DNA of 64,000 nucleotides, from NCBI GenBank assembly GCA_965223545.1, contig OZ245006.1, positions 6,880,001 to 6,944,000 of the forward strand, in the 5' to 3' direction. Numbering within the stretch: the first letter of the stretch is position 1; the number at the start of each line of letters is the position of its first letter. This document shows positions 26,853 through 36,982 of this stretch, in pieces. The translations under genes were made by a program, and so were the position numbers. Under the pieces are notes generated by a model. It made no database searches and was not told where the DNA came from. It saw nothing but the letters and a program-made list of their open reading frames with translations. The DNA comes from Planctomycetota bacterium. GTDB lineage: Bacteria > Planctomycetota > UBA1135 > UBA2386.

Positions 26853-28529
26853 CTAGCGGACCGAGGCCGGGCTCCGCGCCGCCGGGCCGTCCAGGGTCTC
26901 GATGGTGGCGCCATCGATGCCGGTGACGTAGGGCGTGCGGCCCGGCACCAGTCCGTCGAGGGCGACGATCCCCCGCGCGTCGCCGATGGCGACGAAGAGC
27001 GCGCCGGGCCAACCGACGTAGGAGAAACCGATCGGCACGCCGGCCGCCGGCCCGTCCGCGGTCAGCACGCGGTAGCGGCCCGCGACGCCGTCGATGAGGT
27101 GCAGGTCGACCGCATCCGTGTGCGCGTGGATGGACAGCCGCCCCTCGGCGTACTGGCCGGCCTCGGTGTGGACGAAGTAGCGGTACTCGCCGTCGGCGAG
27201 TGGGATCCGCGTTGCCGGTGACTGCAGCGCGATGCTGCGTGGCCCCGCGCCTCCCTCCAGCCGCAGTCGGGCGGCGGCCGGCCGGCCGTACAGTCTCAGG
27301 GTGACGTTCCGCTGCGAAGCGGCCGTTCGCCGCAGGCGTACCACGTGCGGTGCGGCCGCCGGAAGCGCGATCTTCCGGGCTCGGTCTTCGGCGGTGATGG
27401 CGAAACCGCCGCCGGCCCCGTCCGCCATCGACGCGAGGACCAGGACTCGGTCGCTGCGCAGACCGTGGATCCAAGCTCGATCGTCGACGCGTTCGATGCT
27501 GCCGAAGAACCAGCGCGTCGGCCCGTCGCGCATCCACGGGCGAAACACGAAGCGCACCGCCGGCCGGAGCGCGTCCTCGGCACCCTTTCCGTCGACCTCC
27601 AGGCAGAGCGTCTCGCCGGTCTCGGGCGGCAACACGCCGAGGTCGTTGTCGCCCGCGGTGAGCTCGACGAAGCGCGCGCAGTAGAAGTGGTGGGGACCGC
27701 GGCTCCACGACGCGATCACCTGGGCGCGGCACGGCCGGGCGGGAATCGCGAACGTGCCGTCGCCCGCGGTGTCGACGAAGATACGCTCACGGCACTCGTC
27801 GAGCGGCACCGCCGCTCCCGATGGCGTGCGCTCATCGGTGGATGCGCGGTGCCACTCGAACACGCGCACGCGCGCTGTCACCCCGGCACCGTGCTCGTTG
27901 ACCACCTGGCCGTGCACCGTCGTCGACGTGTAGCAGCGGATCTGCAGCTCGGTGGTGCGGCCGGCGGCGAGCCGGATTGGACCGGACCATGGAGTCGGAT
28001 CGTACGGCGGCCAGCCCCGTTGCTCGCCGGGCCCGCGCGCTGGCGGTGGAGGCGGCTGCAGATCGCAGCGGTGACTGAGGACGCGATAGCGCACCGCTCC
28101 CGCCGGCAGCGGCCAGTGCACCCGGCCGCGGGCGTCGGACACCGCGGCGCGGTCTGCCTCGGCGGGGTCGTCGATGCCGGCATCCTCGGTCGAGCCACGC
28201 CGCATCTCGACGCGTACGCCGGCGACGGGGCTGCCGGCCTCGTCGCGAAACACCAACCCCAACTCGCTCGCGGTGCGGGTCGCGCCGGCGTCGGCCCGCG
28301 CCCGCCTTGGTGTCGCCCGCGTCGGCACCTCGGCCTGGGGCGCGCGGCCGGGCGCATCCAATGCGTCCGTCGTCGCGCGCGCCGGGCGCGGCTGCGAGCT
28401 CGGACTGCGGGTTCCGCTCCGCACGCATACGGCGATCGTCGCCAGCAGGGCGGCGAGCGCGGCCATGGCGATCACCGGCCAACGGCGGCCGCCGCCGCGG
28501 GACACTCCGAAGCCTTCGACCGGTGGCAT
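26853..28529 (-). CDS. Membrane-anchored protein with carboxypeptidase-regulatory-like beta-sandwich domains
   Basis: TM AMAALAALLATIAVCV; RDEAGSPVAGVRV, SDARGRV and GQVVNEHGAGV motifs. Confidence 0.7.
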   Translation of the reverse strand: MPPVEGFGVSRGGGRRWPVIAMAALAALLATIAVCVRSGTRSPSSQPRPARATTDALDAPGRAPQAEVPTRATPRRARADAGATRTASELGLVFRDEAGSPVAGVRVEMRRGSTEDAGIDDPAEADRAAVSDARGRVHWPLPAGAVRYRVLSHRCDLQPPPPPARGPGEQRGWPPYDPTPWSGPIRLAAGRTTELQIRCYTSTTVHGQVVNEHGAGVTARVRVFEWHRASTDERTPSGAAVPLDECRERIFVDTAGDGTFAIPARPCRAQVIASWSRGPHHFYCARFVELTAGDNDLGVLPPETGETLCLEVDGKGAEDALRPAVRFVFRPWMRDGPTRWFFGSIERVDDRAWIHGLRSDRVLVLASMADGAGGGFAITAEDRARKIALPAAAPHVVRLRRTAASQRNVTLRLYGRPAAARLRLEGGAGPRSIALQSPATRIPLADGEYRYFVHTEAGQYAEGRLSIHAHTDAVDLHLIDGVAGRYRVLTADGPAAGVPIGFSYVGWPGALFVAIGDARGIVALDGLVPGRTPYVTGIDGATIETLDGPAARSPASVR

Positions 28530-28533
28530 GGAG

Positions 28534-29262
28534 CTACGGATCCGTGCTCAGCAGACGGACTTCGACCTCGATGGTCCCCCTCGCCGAGCCCTGCGCGGAA
28601 GAGCCCCAGATGAAGCCCTCGTAGACGTGGACGTAGGCGTGGCCGGCAGTCCGCGTCGTGTACCAGAACCAATCCGTCTTCTTGTCGCGGTACGGTACCA
28701 GCGCCCGCGCTTGGTCGGCGTACACCCCGGCCCCGTAGCTGGCGCTGACCGGCACGGTCAACGCTCCGATCGTGATCGTGGGGGGCAGCGGCGCGCCGCC
28801 GACGGAGCCGGCAGCGTCGTCGAGGATCGCGCTCGTATCCGCCCCCAGCGAGTCCTGGTACTGCAGAACGCCGCCCATCGTCGCCGACGCGGTGCCCCCC
28901 CGAATCGTCACCGACGCGTTGGCGGCCATCCGCGCCCGCGCGAGGACCCGGCCCGCCGTGTTCGTCGGCATGTACTGATAGGTCGACGACGACCCGCCGT
29001 CGCCCGACAGCGAAACCGTCGCGGAGGTTGCCGCTGGCAGGATCGCGGAGCTGGCCCACAGCCTCTCGGACAGAGTGAACTCGCGTGCGGCGACGTGTGT
29101 GCGGGCGACCGGACCGAAGATCGTGCTGTGCTCGGCGGTCTCGACGGTGCGCTCGTTCATCACGCTGACCAGGACCCAGCCGGTGCCGACGCTGATGCCA
29201 GGGACCGGCGGTGGGACGGGGAGTGGGGACACGACCGCGAACAGCAACCCAACAGACAACAT
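28534..29262 (-). CDS. Secreted hypothetical protein
   Basis: GAGGAGG RBS before ATG 29262; hydrophobic N-terminus; Ser/Thr/Gly beta-rich; ends 4 bp before the next gene. Confidence 0.65.
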   Translation of the reverse strand: MLSVGLLFAVVSPLPVPPPVPGISVGTGWVLVSVMNERTVETAEHSTIFGPVARTHVAAREFTLSERLWASSAILPAATSATVSLSGDGGSSSTYQYMPTNTAGRVLARARMAANASVTIRGGTASATMGGVLQYQDSLGADTSAILDDAAGSVGGAPLPPTITIGALTVPVSASYGAGVYADQARALVPYRDKKTDWFWYTTRTAGHAYVHVYEGFIWGSSAQGSARGTIEVEVRLLSTDP

Positions 29263-29472
29263 GCGACCTCCTCTTTGTCTCTCGCCGGACCCGGTGGGGG
29301 CCGCCCCGAGGAGCGCGCCGGCCGGCGGCACAGAGGAGGGACTCGACGACGCCGATTCGGCGCGTCAAACCTGCGGGGTGCGCGGGAAAACGAGCGGGTC
29401 ACCCGGCTGTCGCAGGCTTGCGGTGCACCTCCGGCCGGTTACCGTCCTTGGCAAGCCACGCTCTTTGCGTCC

Positions 29473-29559
29473 GGTGGGATGGCAGAGTGGCCGAATGCGG
29501 CAGCCTTGAAAGCTGTTGAGGCCTTCGGGTCTCCGGGGGTTCGAATCCCTCTCCCACCG
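29473..29559 (+). tRNA. tRNA-Ser (TGA)
   Basis: GGTGGGA..TCCCACC acceptor stem; GCAGC-CTTGAAA-GCTGT anticodon arm; long variable arm; GTTCGAA; followed by TCA rather than CCA. Confidence 0.95.
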
Positions 29560-29774
29560 TCACTTTCTCACTCATCGCCCTAAACTGAGTTGAAGCTGGC
29601 GATCGTGCCGAGTGCGGAGCGTGCGGCGTCGATACCGGTGAACGCTTCCCGAGCCCGTGCAGCGGGCCGAGAGGCCGAGAAGCGACTTTGTCGTCCGCCC
29701 CATCGTGCGCAGTTCGCCGTCGAACTTGTTGACGGCGCGATCGGCTCTTTTCTCTGGAAGCCACCCGATCGGTA

Positions 29775-30943
29775 GTGTGGTGCGTCAGACAGATGGGGAA
29801 TTATCCGCGAGTGCGGCCTTGGCTCGGGTGACCTTGGCCAGGATGTCGCTTGCTTTGGCCGTCCAGATGAACGGTTTGGGGTCCATGTTGTGCTGCTCGA
29901 TGTATGCCTGAATCGCTTCGATGAGCCGTCGGACGCTCGGGAACGCGCCGCGCCGGATTCGTTTTGTAGTGATGTCGCGAAAGAAGCGCTCGACCATGTT
30001 GAGCCACGACGCACTCGTCGGCGTGAAGTGCATGTGAAACCGAGGGTGACGCTTCAACCAGCGCTTCACCTTCGCGTGCTTGTGGGTCGAGTAGTTGTCA
30101 GCAATGATGTGGACGTCCAGGTGCTTGGGGACCTCCGCGTCGATCAGTCGGAGGAACTTCAACCATTCGATGTGCCGATGCCGCGGTGCACACATGCTGA
30201 TGATCTTGCCGGTTGCGGTGTTCATCGCGGCGAAGAGCGTGGACGTCCCGTTGCGCTTGTAGTCGTGAGTGACGGTCTTGGTACGGCCCGAGCGAAAGGG
30301 CAGGGAGGGCTGCGTCCGATCGAGCGCTTGGATCTGCGACTTCTCGTCGCAGCTGAGCACAATCGCGTTCTCGGGAGGGCTCAGATAAAGGCCGACGACG
30401 TCCTCGAGCTTCTCGACGAAGTTCGGGTCACGACTGACTTTGAAGGTGCGGAAGAGGTGCGGCTTCAGCCCGTGTGCAACCCAGATTCGGCGAATCGTCG
30501 CCGCACTCACGTCGACCAGCTTCGCCATGTCGCGAGTGCTCCAGTGCGTGGCGTTCGGTGGATCCTCCTGCGTCGTGATCCGAATGATCTCGGCGACAGT
30601 TTCCTCGTCTATGGTACGTGGGCGACCGCGGCCAGGTGCGTCTTTTTCGATGCCCGCTATGCGCTCCTCGGAGAACCGTTTGCGCCACAGGCTCACGGTC
30701 TTCTGCTGTGTCTCGAGCTTCTCCGCGATCTCCTTGTTCAGCATTCCTGCTGCAGCGTGCAGAACGATCTTTGCGCGCAGGACGAGGCGCGCCGGCGTGC
30801 TTCGGCCTCTGGCAAACTTGTGCAACTGCCTTCGCTCGTCTTCGGTGAGTGTGATCGGAACTGCTACTCGCATCGTGGTGGCCTCCCACGATACACAACG
30901 CGCGCGCGCCCAAATAATTACACCTATTTACGAGGCACTACAG
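29775..30943 (-). mobile_element. IS630 family insertion sequence
   Basis: TA at 29773-74 and 30944-45; imperfect ~30-bp IRs (GTGTGGTGCGTC..AATTAT / CTGTAGTGCCTC..AATTAT). Confidence 0.9.
29785..30873 (-). CDS. IS630 family transposase
   Basis: HTH plus DEKSQIQALDR, HDYKRNGT, ADNYSTHK, TPTSASWLNMVERFF. Confidence 0.97.
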   Translation of the reverse strand: MRVAVPITLTEDERRQLHKFARGRSTPARLVLRAKIVLHAAAGMLNKEIAEKLETQQKTVSLWRKRFSEERIAGIEKDAPGRGRPRTIDEETVAEIIRITTQEDPPNATHWSTRDMAKLVDVSAATIRRIWVAHGLKPHLFRTFKVSRDPNFVEKLEDVVGLYLSPPENAIVLSCDEKSQIQALDRTQPSLPFRSGRTKTVTHDYKRNGTSTLFAAMNTATGKIISMCAPRHRHIEWLKFLRLIDAEVPKHLDVHIIADNYSTHKHAKVKRWLKRHPRFHMHFTPTSASWLNMVERFFRDITTKRIRRGAFPSVRRLIEAIQAYIEQHNMDPKPFIWTAKASDILAKVTRAKAALADNSPSV

Positions 30944-31587
30944 TAGCTTGTGCGCTTGTGCCGCCTCGCGTCGGCCTTGCCGCGCACCTCTCGAATCGAT
31001 GTCGAGCCGCAGTTGTTCGACCGTTGGCATACGCTGCTGTTCCGCCCTGTTGTTGCTTCGCGTCCCCCAACGCGGTTATGCGTCCAGTATGCCTCAGTCG
31101 CGAGCCGAAGTCAATTCGGACTTACACCGACGAAGAGTCGGCTAGGTTTATGGCAAGCGCATAACAACGATTCAGCACGCCGCGTGGCTGGTTACCAAAG
31201 TCGAACCGTAGCCCGCGCAGCAACAGCGCCCGGAGCGGGGCTGCGTCATCACCACGTGGCTATCGCCACTGTGGACTGTGCGTCCCTTGGGCACTGGGGG
31301 CGTGCGGTGTTGAGCCTCTCGGCGCCAAGCCCTCGAACGGCGGCAACATCGGGCGGCCGTCAAAAGGCGCGGGCGAGGCGAGCCCTTATCGCCGTTGCGA
31401 AGCAGTCGGAGTCACGGGCATGAAGAATCCCACTCCGAGCAGAGCCCACACCACACTTTGCCCTTGATCGTGACCACGTGAGTCCCTCCGTCTGGACATG
31501 GGTTAGTACCACTGCAGTTCCCGGTCCGCACCTGCATTGACTCCGTCCAGGCTGCAGTGTTGTCGCCATCGTCGTCGCAACCGCTAG

Positions 31588-33576
31588 CCCAACTTCCGCA
31601 GTTCGACGGGTCGTCACGTTGAAAAGCAACGACTTACGTCGATTGGTTGGCACTACATCGCGGTCGAACGGAGTGGCGCGGGGACGGATAGCCTCCTGGG
31701 TAGCTGGATGCCGAGCCGGTCGAGCAGGTGCGCCTGCGCCTCGTTGGGGGTGACCACGCAGCGGACCCGGAGTTCGCGGCCGTCAGTAGTTGGCAGGAGC
31801 ACGTCTGCGCTTTGGACCTGACGGAGCTCCTCGAGGATGGCGGCCGGGCTGTTGCCGAGTCCGGCCTTCTCCTGCCAGAGCTCGAGCGTTTTCCACAAGG
31901 CGTAGGCGAGGAAGCAGACGAGGATGTGCGCCCTGACCCGGTCCTCGCGTTGATGCCACACCGGGCGGATCGACAGCTCGGACTTCTGGATCCGAAACGC
32001 GGACTCAGCATCAGTGAGCTGGATGTACGTCCGCCAAAGCTCCTCATCTGTCCAACCCGTCACGTTGGACCTGAGCAGGTAGCACCCGGCGCTCTGGTCC
32101 ACCCAGTTCGTGTTCTCACAAGCCTCCACGGCAAGCCCCGATGGTCGATCCGGGGCTTCGATCAACGAAACCGAGAAGCACGTGGAGGCCCGCGAGTTCT
32201 GGGCCAAGATGCGTCCGATCTGTTGATTGACGCGGTCCCGTTCGATCGACTTCTTCGACGCCGCCAGTCGGCGTTCGAGCGACGCAAGCCTCGCGCGAAT
32301 GCGTTCGGCTGCTCGCGCGACAATTGCGGCGTCCTTCTCGATGCGCGCCTGGGAGCGACACAGGATGAACGTCTCCTCCCCGTCCTCGCTCGGGCAGAGC
32401 TTGACCTCGACATCCTCACGAATGCTGCGCCAGTCTCGACGGTCGACGATCTCCTGTTCGAAGCGGCGCAGGTCCGAACGCGATGCGCCGATGACGTACC
32501 GTCGCCTTCCCTCCTTCAACCATTTCAGGTTGCGCTTGCTCACCATTCCGCGGTCCATGACCCAGATGCGATCAGCAGCACCGAATCGCCGCTCCATCGT
32601 CTCGACGATCTCGCGGACCGTCGTGACGTCAGTCCGATTGCCGTCGAACACTTCGTGCGCAAGAGGGATTCCCTGTCTGGTCACGACCAGAGCGATGCAA
32701 ACCTGTTTGCAGTCAGGCCGGTGATCTCGGCTGTAGCCACGCTGCGCCTGGGGGTTGCCCAGCATGAGGCCTTCGAAGTAGGTCGAGGTCACGTCGTAGA
32801 GCAGCAAGTCGTACTGAACGTCGAACAACTCGCCGAGCCGTGCGCGGAGATGCTGCTCCAGCGCCTCTTTGTGCGGCAGGATCTGGTCGAGAGCCCGGTA
32901 GAGCCGGTCGTCGTTGACCTTGCCTTCCGGCAGGCCAAGCAGGTCGTCAAGCGCGGTCTGGCGGTACAGGACTTCAGCCAGGTGCAGCTCGCTGGAGGGC
33001 ATGCACAACCGACAGATGACCATCGCTGCCGCCATCGTCGACCACGGGACATCTTCACGGCCCCGCGGCATGAGCTCCCAGAGTGCGTCGTCGAACTTCA
33101 GTGCGTGCCACAGCGCCAGGCCGACGAAAACGTCGCCGAAGCGGCGTGTCCGGTCGAGGCTGACCTCCTTCAAGCGAATCGACTCGACCGGGTCGTCGTC
33201 TGTCACCGGTGGCTCAAACAGGCTCGGGTGCATTCGGCGACCGGTCATCCGATCTGCCAGCGCACGAGCCCGGCGTCGCCCCTTCGCATCCAGTTTGCCC
33301 AGCTGCGCGATCACCTCCTGCCGCACTCGACGACCGTGCCGCACCGACCGAACGAGGAGCCAGTACTCGTGGGTCTTGCCGTTCTTTCTGACCGTCTTGC
33401 GTCGCAGGTACACGTCCGCCGCCTCGCACACAGTTGTCGTGCTCCCTGCCACACCGATCAACGGGGCGGGTTGGCACTACACGGCCGATCTGCGCCGCCG
33501 CGACGGTGGATAGCGGGCTGGCGCCGCGCCGAGGCTCCGAATTGGCCTCAAAAATCGTCGAGCTGCGGAAGTTGGG
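31588..33576 (-). mobile_element. IS1634 family insertion sequence
   Basis: TIRs CCCAACTTCCGCAG(T/C)TCGACG at both ends; CTAG duplicated at 31584-87 and 33577-80. Confidence 0.92.
31653..33413 (-). CDS. IS1634 family transposase
   Basis: GTG start VYLRRK; LLYDVTSTYFEG, GYSRDHRPDCKQV, WVMDRGMVS, AESAFRIQKSELSIRPVWHQ..RVRAHILVCFLAY. Confidence 0.95.
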   Translation of the reverse strand: MYLRRKTVRKNGKTHEYWLLVRSVRHGRRVRQEVIAQLGKLDAKGRRRARALADRMTGRRMHPSLFEPPVTDDDPVESIRLKEVSLDRTRRFGDVFVGLALWHALKFDDALWELMPRGREDVPWSTMAAAMVICRLCMPSSELHLAEVLYRQTALDDLLGLPEGKVNDDRLYRALDQILPHKEALEQHLRARLGELFDVQYDLLLYDVTSTYFEGLMLGNPQAQRGYSRDHRPDCKQVCIALVVTRQGIPLAHEVFDGNRTDVTTVREIVETMERRFGAADRIWVMDRGMVSKRNLKWLKEGRRRYVIGASRSDLRRFEQEIVDRRDWRSIREDVEVKLCPSEDGEETFILCRSQARIEKDAAIVARAAERIRARLASLERRLAASKKSIERDRVNQQIGRILAQNSRASTCFSVSLIEAPDRPSGLAVEACENTNWVDQSAGCYLLRSNVTGWTDEELWRTYIQLTDAESAFRIQKSELSIRPVWHQREDRVRAHILVCFLAYALWKTLELWQEKAGLGNSPAAILEELRQVQSADVLLPTTDGRELRVRCVVTPNEAQAHLLDRLGIQLPRRLSVPAPLRSTAM

Positions 33577-34036
33577 CTAGCGGTCACCGTTTCGCTCGTG
33601 GAGTTCGAGTTGGTGGTGCTCCCGTCGTTGTCGTAGCAGTTCCAACCGGTATAGAAGATGTTATCCACCCACTTACACATCTTCCTCTGAGGGCAATTGC
33701 TGCCCACCAGAGTCACTGTAAACGTGTAGCTCACGGAACAAGTCAGTGGAGCGGGTTGACAATCCCCAGAACCCGCGCAATCACATTGCCCATCCTGATT
33801 GCCGACCGCGGGTGTTCTGGACACGTCGATGCAATCCGGGTCCGGATTGGTAGTTGGGTCGCCGTTCTCGTCCTCGTATTCCCAACTCTTGTCGTAGTCA
33901 CATCCGGCCTCCTCGCAGAGTGGTGGGCCCGACCAGTGCGATGGAGTGGGTGTCGGGATGGCGAACGCGAGCAGTGGGAACAACGCGGCGATGTATGCTG
34001 CGTATATCATTACGCCTACTTCTCCTTTGATGAGGG

Positions 34037-34939
34037 TTACAGGGCTTGTACCATGTCTATTGCTTTGATGCGCAGCGCACTAGCTTCTTGCGGTGTAAGG
34101 AATCCGTTGGATTCAAGCCATGCAACGAGGGCAAGTGTCAGCTCCTGCGATCGGAAGCAATAGTACTCTAGCATTGCTCGGTAGCTCTTTGAGAGCATGG
34201 GGTCGTAGTAGTAGGTTTGACCTCCTATAACGTGCTCAGAAAAACCGACTTTTGTCGGGTCGTGGTGCGCGCTTCGGAGCAGCCGCGCGTACAAGTCGGA
34301 CGGGCGCACTTCATCTTGGTGACCGGTCCCGCCCTTTGCGGCATTCATGAACTGCGCAAGCCGTGTAGCCTTTTCTGCGCATTTCGCTGACAGCTCCTCC
34401 TCGGTCAACTCTGCGCGCAAGACGTTGCTAGTGGCAAGCGCGCGCACCTCCTCCGCAAGCTTTCGGTGCATTTCGCCGGAGACCAAGCGCAAATGGTCCT
34501 GATATGGGGCCATCATGCGGTGGTACGCTTTCCACTGCGCATCCGTAAACGGCTTTTGCCTTGGATTGAATTCCTCGTTGTACGCCAAATGCGCTGCTGT
34601 GGTTGTGTGCAGCGTGAACAGAAGGCGGCTCATGGCAGCGGCCGGTGTCGGCTTGCTCGGCTTGGCTGCTTCCCACAAGGCTGTCGAAGTGCTTGCCATC
34701 GGCTCAGACTCTTCCGCATCTGCCCTCAATCTTGCGACTTTGTCTTCGAATGCCGCTATCTCAGTGTCGATAGGCTTGAGGTACTTGGGGTCGCCCCCAG
34801 TTTCCTCCGAACGCCCATTGGCCATCTCTGGCGTTGAGTCCGCCGGGTCGTGTCTGGCCCAGTCCAGGACTGGGGAGAACATCACCGCCGAAATGAGGGT
34901 TACCGCGAAAACGAGACCTAGAGCTAGGCGATGACTCAT
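34037..34939 (-). CDS. Hypothetical protein with N-terminal membrane anchor
   Basis: GAGGAGG RBS; TM LALGLVFAVTLISAVMF; helical; low-GC codon use; 26 bp upstream of the Cys-rich gene. Confidence 0.7.
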   Translation of the reverse strand: MSHRLALGLVFAVTLISAVMFSPVLDWARHDPADSTPEMANGRSEETGGDPKYLKPIDTEIAAFEDKVARLRADAEESEPMASTSTALWEAAKPSKPTPAAAMSRLLFTLHTTTAAHLAYNEEFNPRQKPFTDAQWKAYHRMMAPYQDHLRLVSGEMHRKLAEEVRALATSNVLRAELTEEELSAKCAEKATRLAQFMNAAKGGTGHQDEVRPSDLYARLLRSAHHDPTKVGFSEHVIGGQTYYYDPMLSKSYRAMLEYYCFRSQELTLALVAWLESNGFLTPQEASALRIKAIDMVQAL

Positions 34940-35086
34940 CGCGCTGCCTCCTCAGCCGCGCGGCGAGAACGAACGGTTCCGAGCCTCTTACTAGTTGCCA
35001 TGCAACGTTCCCTTCGGGACATGCCCCTGGGTCTAGACAGTCAAACGTAGAGGTTTCCTCGTCCTGCACGCAGATTCTAAAAAAAT

Positions 35087-36638
35087 GGGTGTGAGTTCGG
35101 ATTAACGCGGAGTTGTACCCGGGCCCGATTACGCGACGCCCTCCCTTACGATGCGCTAAGCGGTTTGACAGACCAACGGTTAGCACAACGCAGGGAGGGA
35201 CCTCGCGATGCGCATGATAGACGACGTCGTGCGGCAGTTCCGCCCCGGACTCACGGATTTGGTACGGGACCTTGATGGCGCGGGCCTCACGCCTTCGACC
35301 TTCGTGGCGTTCATCGGCGACTTGAAGGCGGTGATCAACAGCGCCGCTCTCCAGGCGTTCGTGGAGATTCTGCTCAGGCACGAGGAGACGGAGAACACCG
35401 TCGAGCACGGCGGTCAGCAGCACCGGTTCAAGGTGGAGTCCAAGAAGCAGTGGGTCACGCCGTTCGGACTTGCCGAGATGCCGCGCCGGTACTTCCAGCC
35501 GGATCGCGGCGGCGACGGCGTTGTGCCACTCGACGTGCGGTGCGGCATGGTCGACCGGCCGATGACTCCCGACGTCGAGGAGCTGTGTGCGTTCTCGGCT
35601 GCCCACCTCGTTCCGCGAGAAGTCGAGACGCTGCTCGGCAAGATGTTGCCACACCGTCCGTCTGCGACCTCCATCCAGCACGTGGTTCAGTACGTCGGTG
35701 CGTTTGCTGAACGAGCGGAGAAGGAGATCGAGTCGGCGATGCGCGAGCAGGCGCCGCTGAGCACGCAGGGCGACGTGCTCGTGCAGAGCTGGGATGGCGT
35801 CACCGTTCCGCTCCGGGAGATGGGCACGAAAACCGGGCGCAAGCCCGAACGCCCCGGGATTCGGGACGGCGAGGACGACATGACGCCGACAGCGTGGAAG
35901 GAGGCCGGTGTCGCGAGCATCTCGATCTACTCCCGAAACGAAGACAACAAGCCTGTTCGCCTCGATACGAGGTACCTCGCCAGGATGCCCGAGTCCGGGA
36001 TGACGCGGCTCCTCGAGCAGCAGAACGGCATCGTGGGACCGTTGCTGAAGAACCGGCAACTACGCGAGATCGTCTTCCTTTGCGATGGCAAGCCCTCCAT
36101 TTGGACCGGAGCCGAGAAGCTCCAGTCCTTTCTCATGGCCACGCTCATCCTCGACTTCTACCACGCGACCGAGCACCTCTCGAAGGCGGCCGAGGCGCTG
36201 TTCGGCAAGAAGAGCGTGCCCGGTCGGCGATGGTACGACAGGAACTACGAGCGGCTACGTGACACCGCCGGAGGTGCCGCCGCAGCGATTCGCTCGATGC
36301 TGTACTACCGGTCGAAGCTGAAGCTGAGGAAGGGAACCGAGCGCTACAAGGTCGTTGGGCGAGTCATCAAGTACTTCCGCCGCAACCTGGCGCTGATGGA
36401 CTATGCGGGCTTCCGTGCGCGAGGACTCCCGATCGGAAGCGGTCCAGTTGAGGCAGCTTGCAAAACGGTGGTCGGCGCGAGGATCAAGCGCAGCGGAATG
36501 CGTTGGACTCGCGAAGGCGGTCAGCTCGTTCTGAACCTCCGGACTCACGTCCTGTCCGAACGCTGGGACGTCTTCTGGACTACCTACCTGGAGTGCCGGG
36601 ATGCCGCGTGATCGTCACGTGCAAACGAACTCACACCC
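35087..36638 (+). mobile_element. ISKra4/ISLre2-like (prokaryotic Mutator-like) insertion sequence
   Basis: Perfect 13-bp TIRs GGGTGTGAGTTCG / CGAACTCACACCC; 8-bp TSD AAAAAAAT at 35079-86 and 36639-46. Confidence 0.92.
35208..36611 (+). CDS. ISKra4/UPF0236-type transposase
   Basis: SWDG; LCDGKPSIW; LDFYHATEHL; GLPIGSGPVEAACKTVVGARIKRSGMRW. Confidence 0.93.
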   Translation: MRMIDDVVRQFRPGLTDLVRDLDGAGLTPSTFVAFIGDLKAVINSAALQAFVEILLRHEETENTVEHGGQQHRFKVESKKQWVTPFGLAEMPRRYFQPDRGGDGVVPLDVRCGMVDRPMTPDVEELCAFSAAHLVPREVETLLGKMLPHRPSATSIQHVVQYVGAFAERAEKEIESAMREQAPLSTQGDVLVQSWDGVTVPLREMGTKTGRKPERPGIRDGEDDMTPTAWKEAGVASISIYSRNEDNKPVRLDTRYLARMPESGMTRLLEQQNGIVGPLLKNRQLREIVFLCDGKPSIWTGAEKLQSFLMATLILDFYHATEHLSKAAEALFGKKSVPGRRWYDRNYERLRDTAGGAAAAIRSMLYYRSKLKLRKGTERYKVVGRVIKYFRRNLALMDYAGFRARGLPIGSGPVEAACKTVVGARIKRSGMRWTREGGQLVLNLRTHVLSERWDVFWTTYLECRDAA

Positions 36639-36982
36639 AAAAAAATGAGACGGGGTGGTGCTCGATCGCGCTCTGCCCCGCTGCGAATGCGCTGAGCCGG
36701 AAAACTAGATCGCCTTGCACCCGCTTTCCGGCAGCCCACTGAGTCTTGAGGCGGAAGGGGGCCAGCTTTCGGCGACCTCTCTATCCGGTCGCTTTCGCGC
36801 GGGGGCCGCCACAGAGCTCGGCGGGGAGCGGAAGGACAGTGCGTAGTTTCCGGCTACTTCTGCGAGAGACCGGACGAATAGAGGGTGGTGGAGCAGCGGT
36901 GGCCTACTGACGGGCCGACCACGATCTGTTGCAACTATTCCGAATCCTGCCGATCACGCGCCGCTCCGTGGCTGCCACCACC

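Larger units (their letters stand above)
31412..34010 (-). pseudogene. Secreted Cys-rich protein gene (~201 aa, 16 Cys) split by IS1634
   Basis: Removing the IS and one CTAG joins ..STSETVTA in frame to SGCDDDGDNTAAWTESMQVRTGNCSGTNPCPDGGTHVVTIKGKVWCGLCSEWDSSCP*. Confidence 0.85.

Noticed and set aside
31424..31436. GAATCCCACTCC as an att copy of the tRNA-Ser 3' end
   Set aside because: Short, mismatched and inside the coding tail of the Cys-rich gene
33477..34010. 177-aa ORF as an intact gene
   Set aside because: Its last ~32 aa are read-through into the IS1634 end
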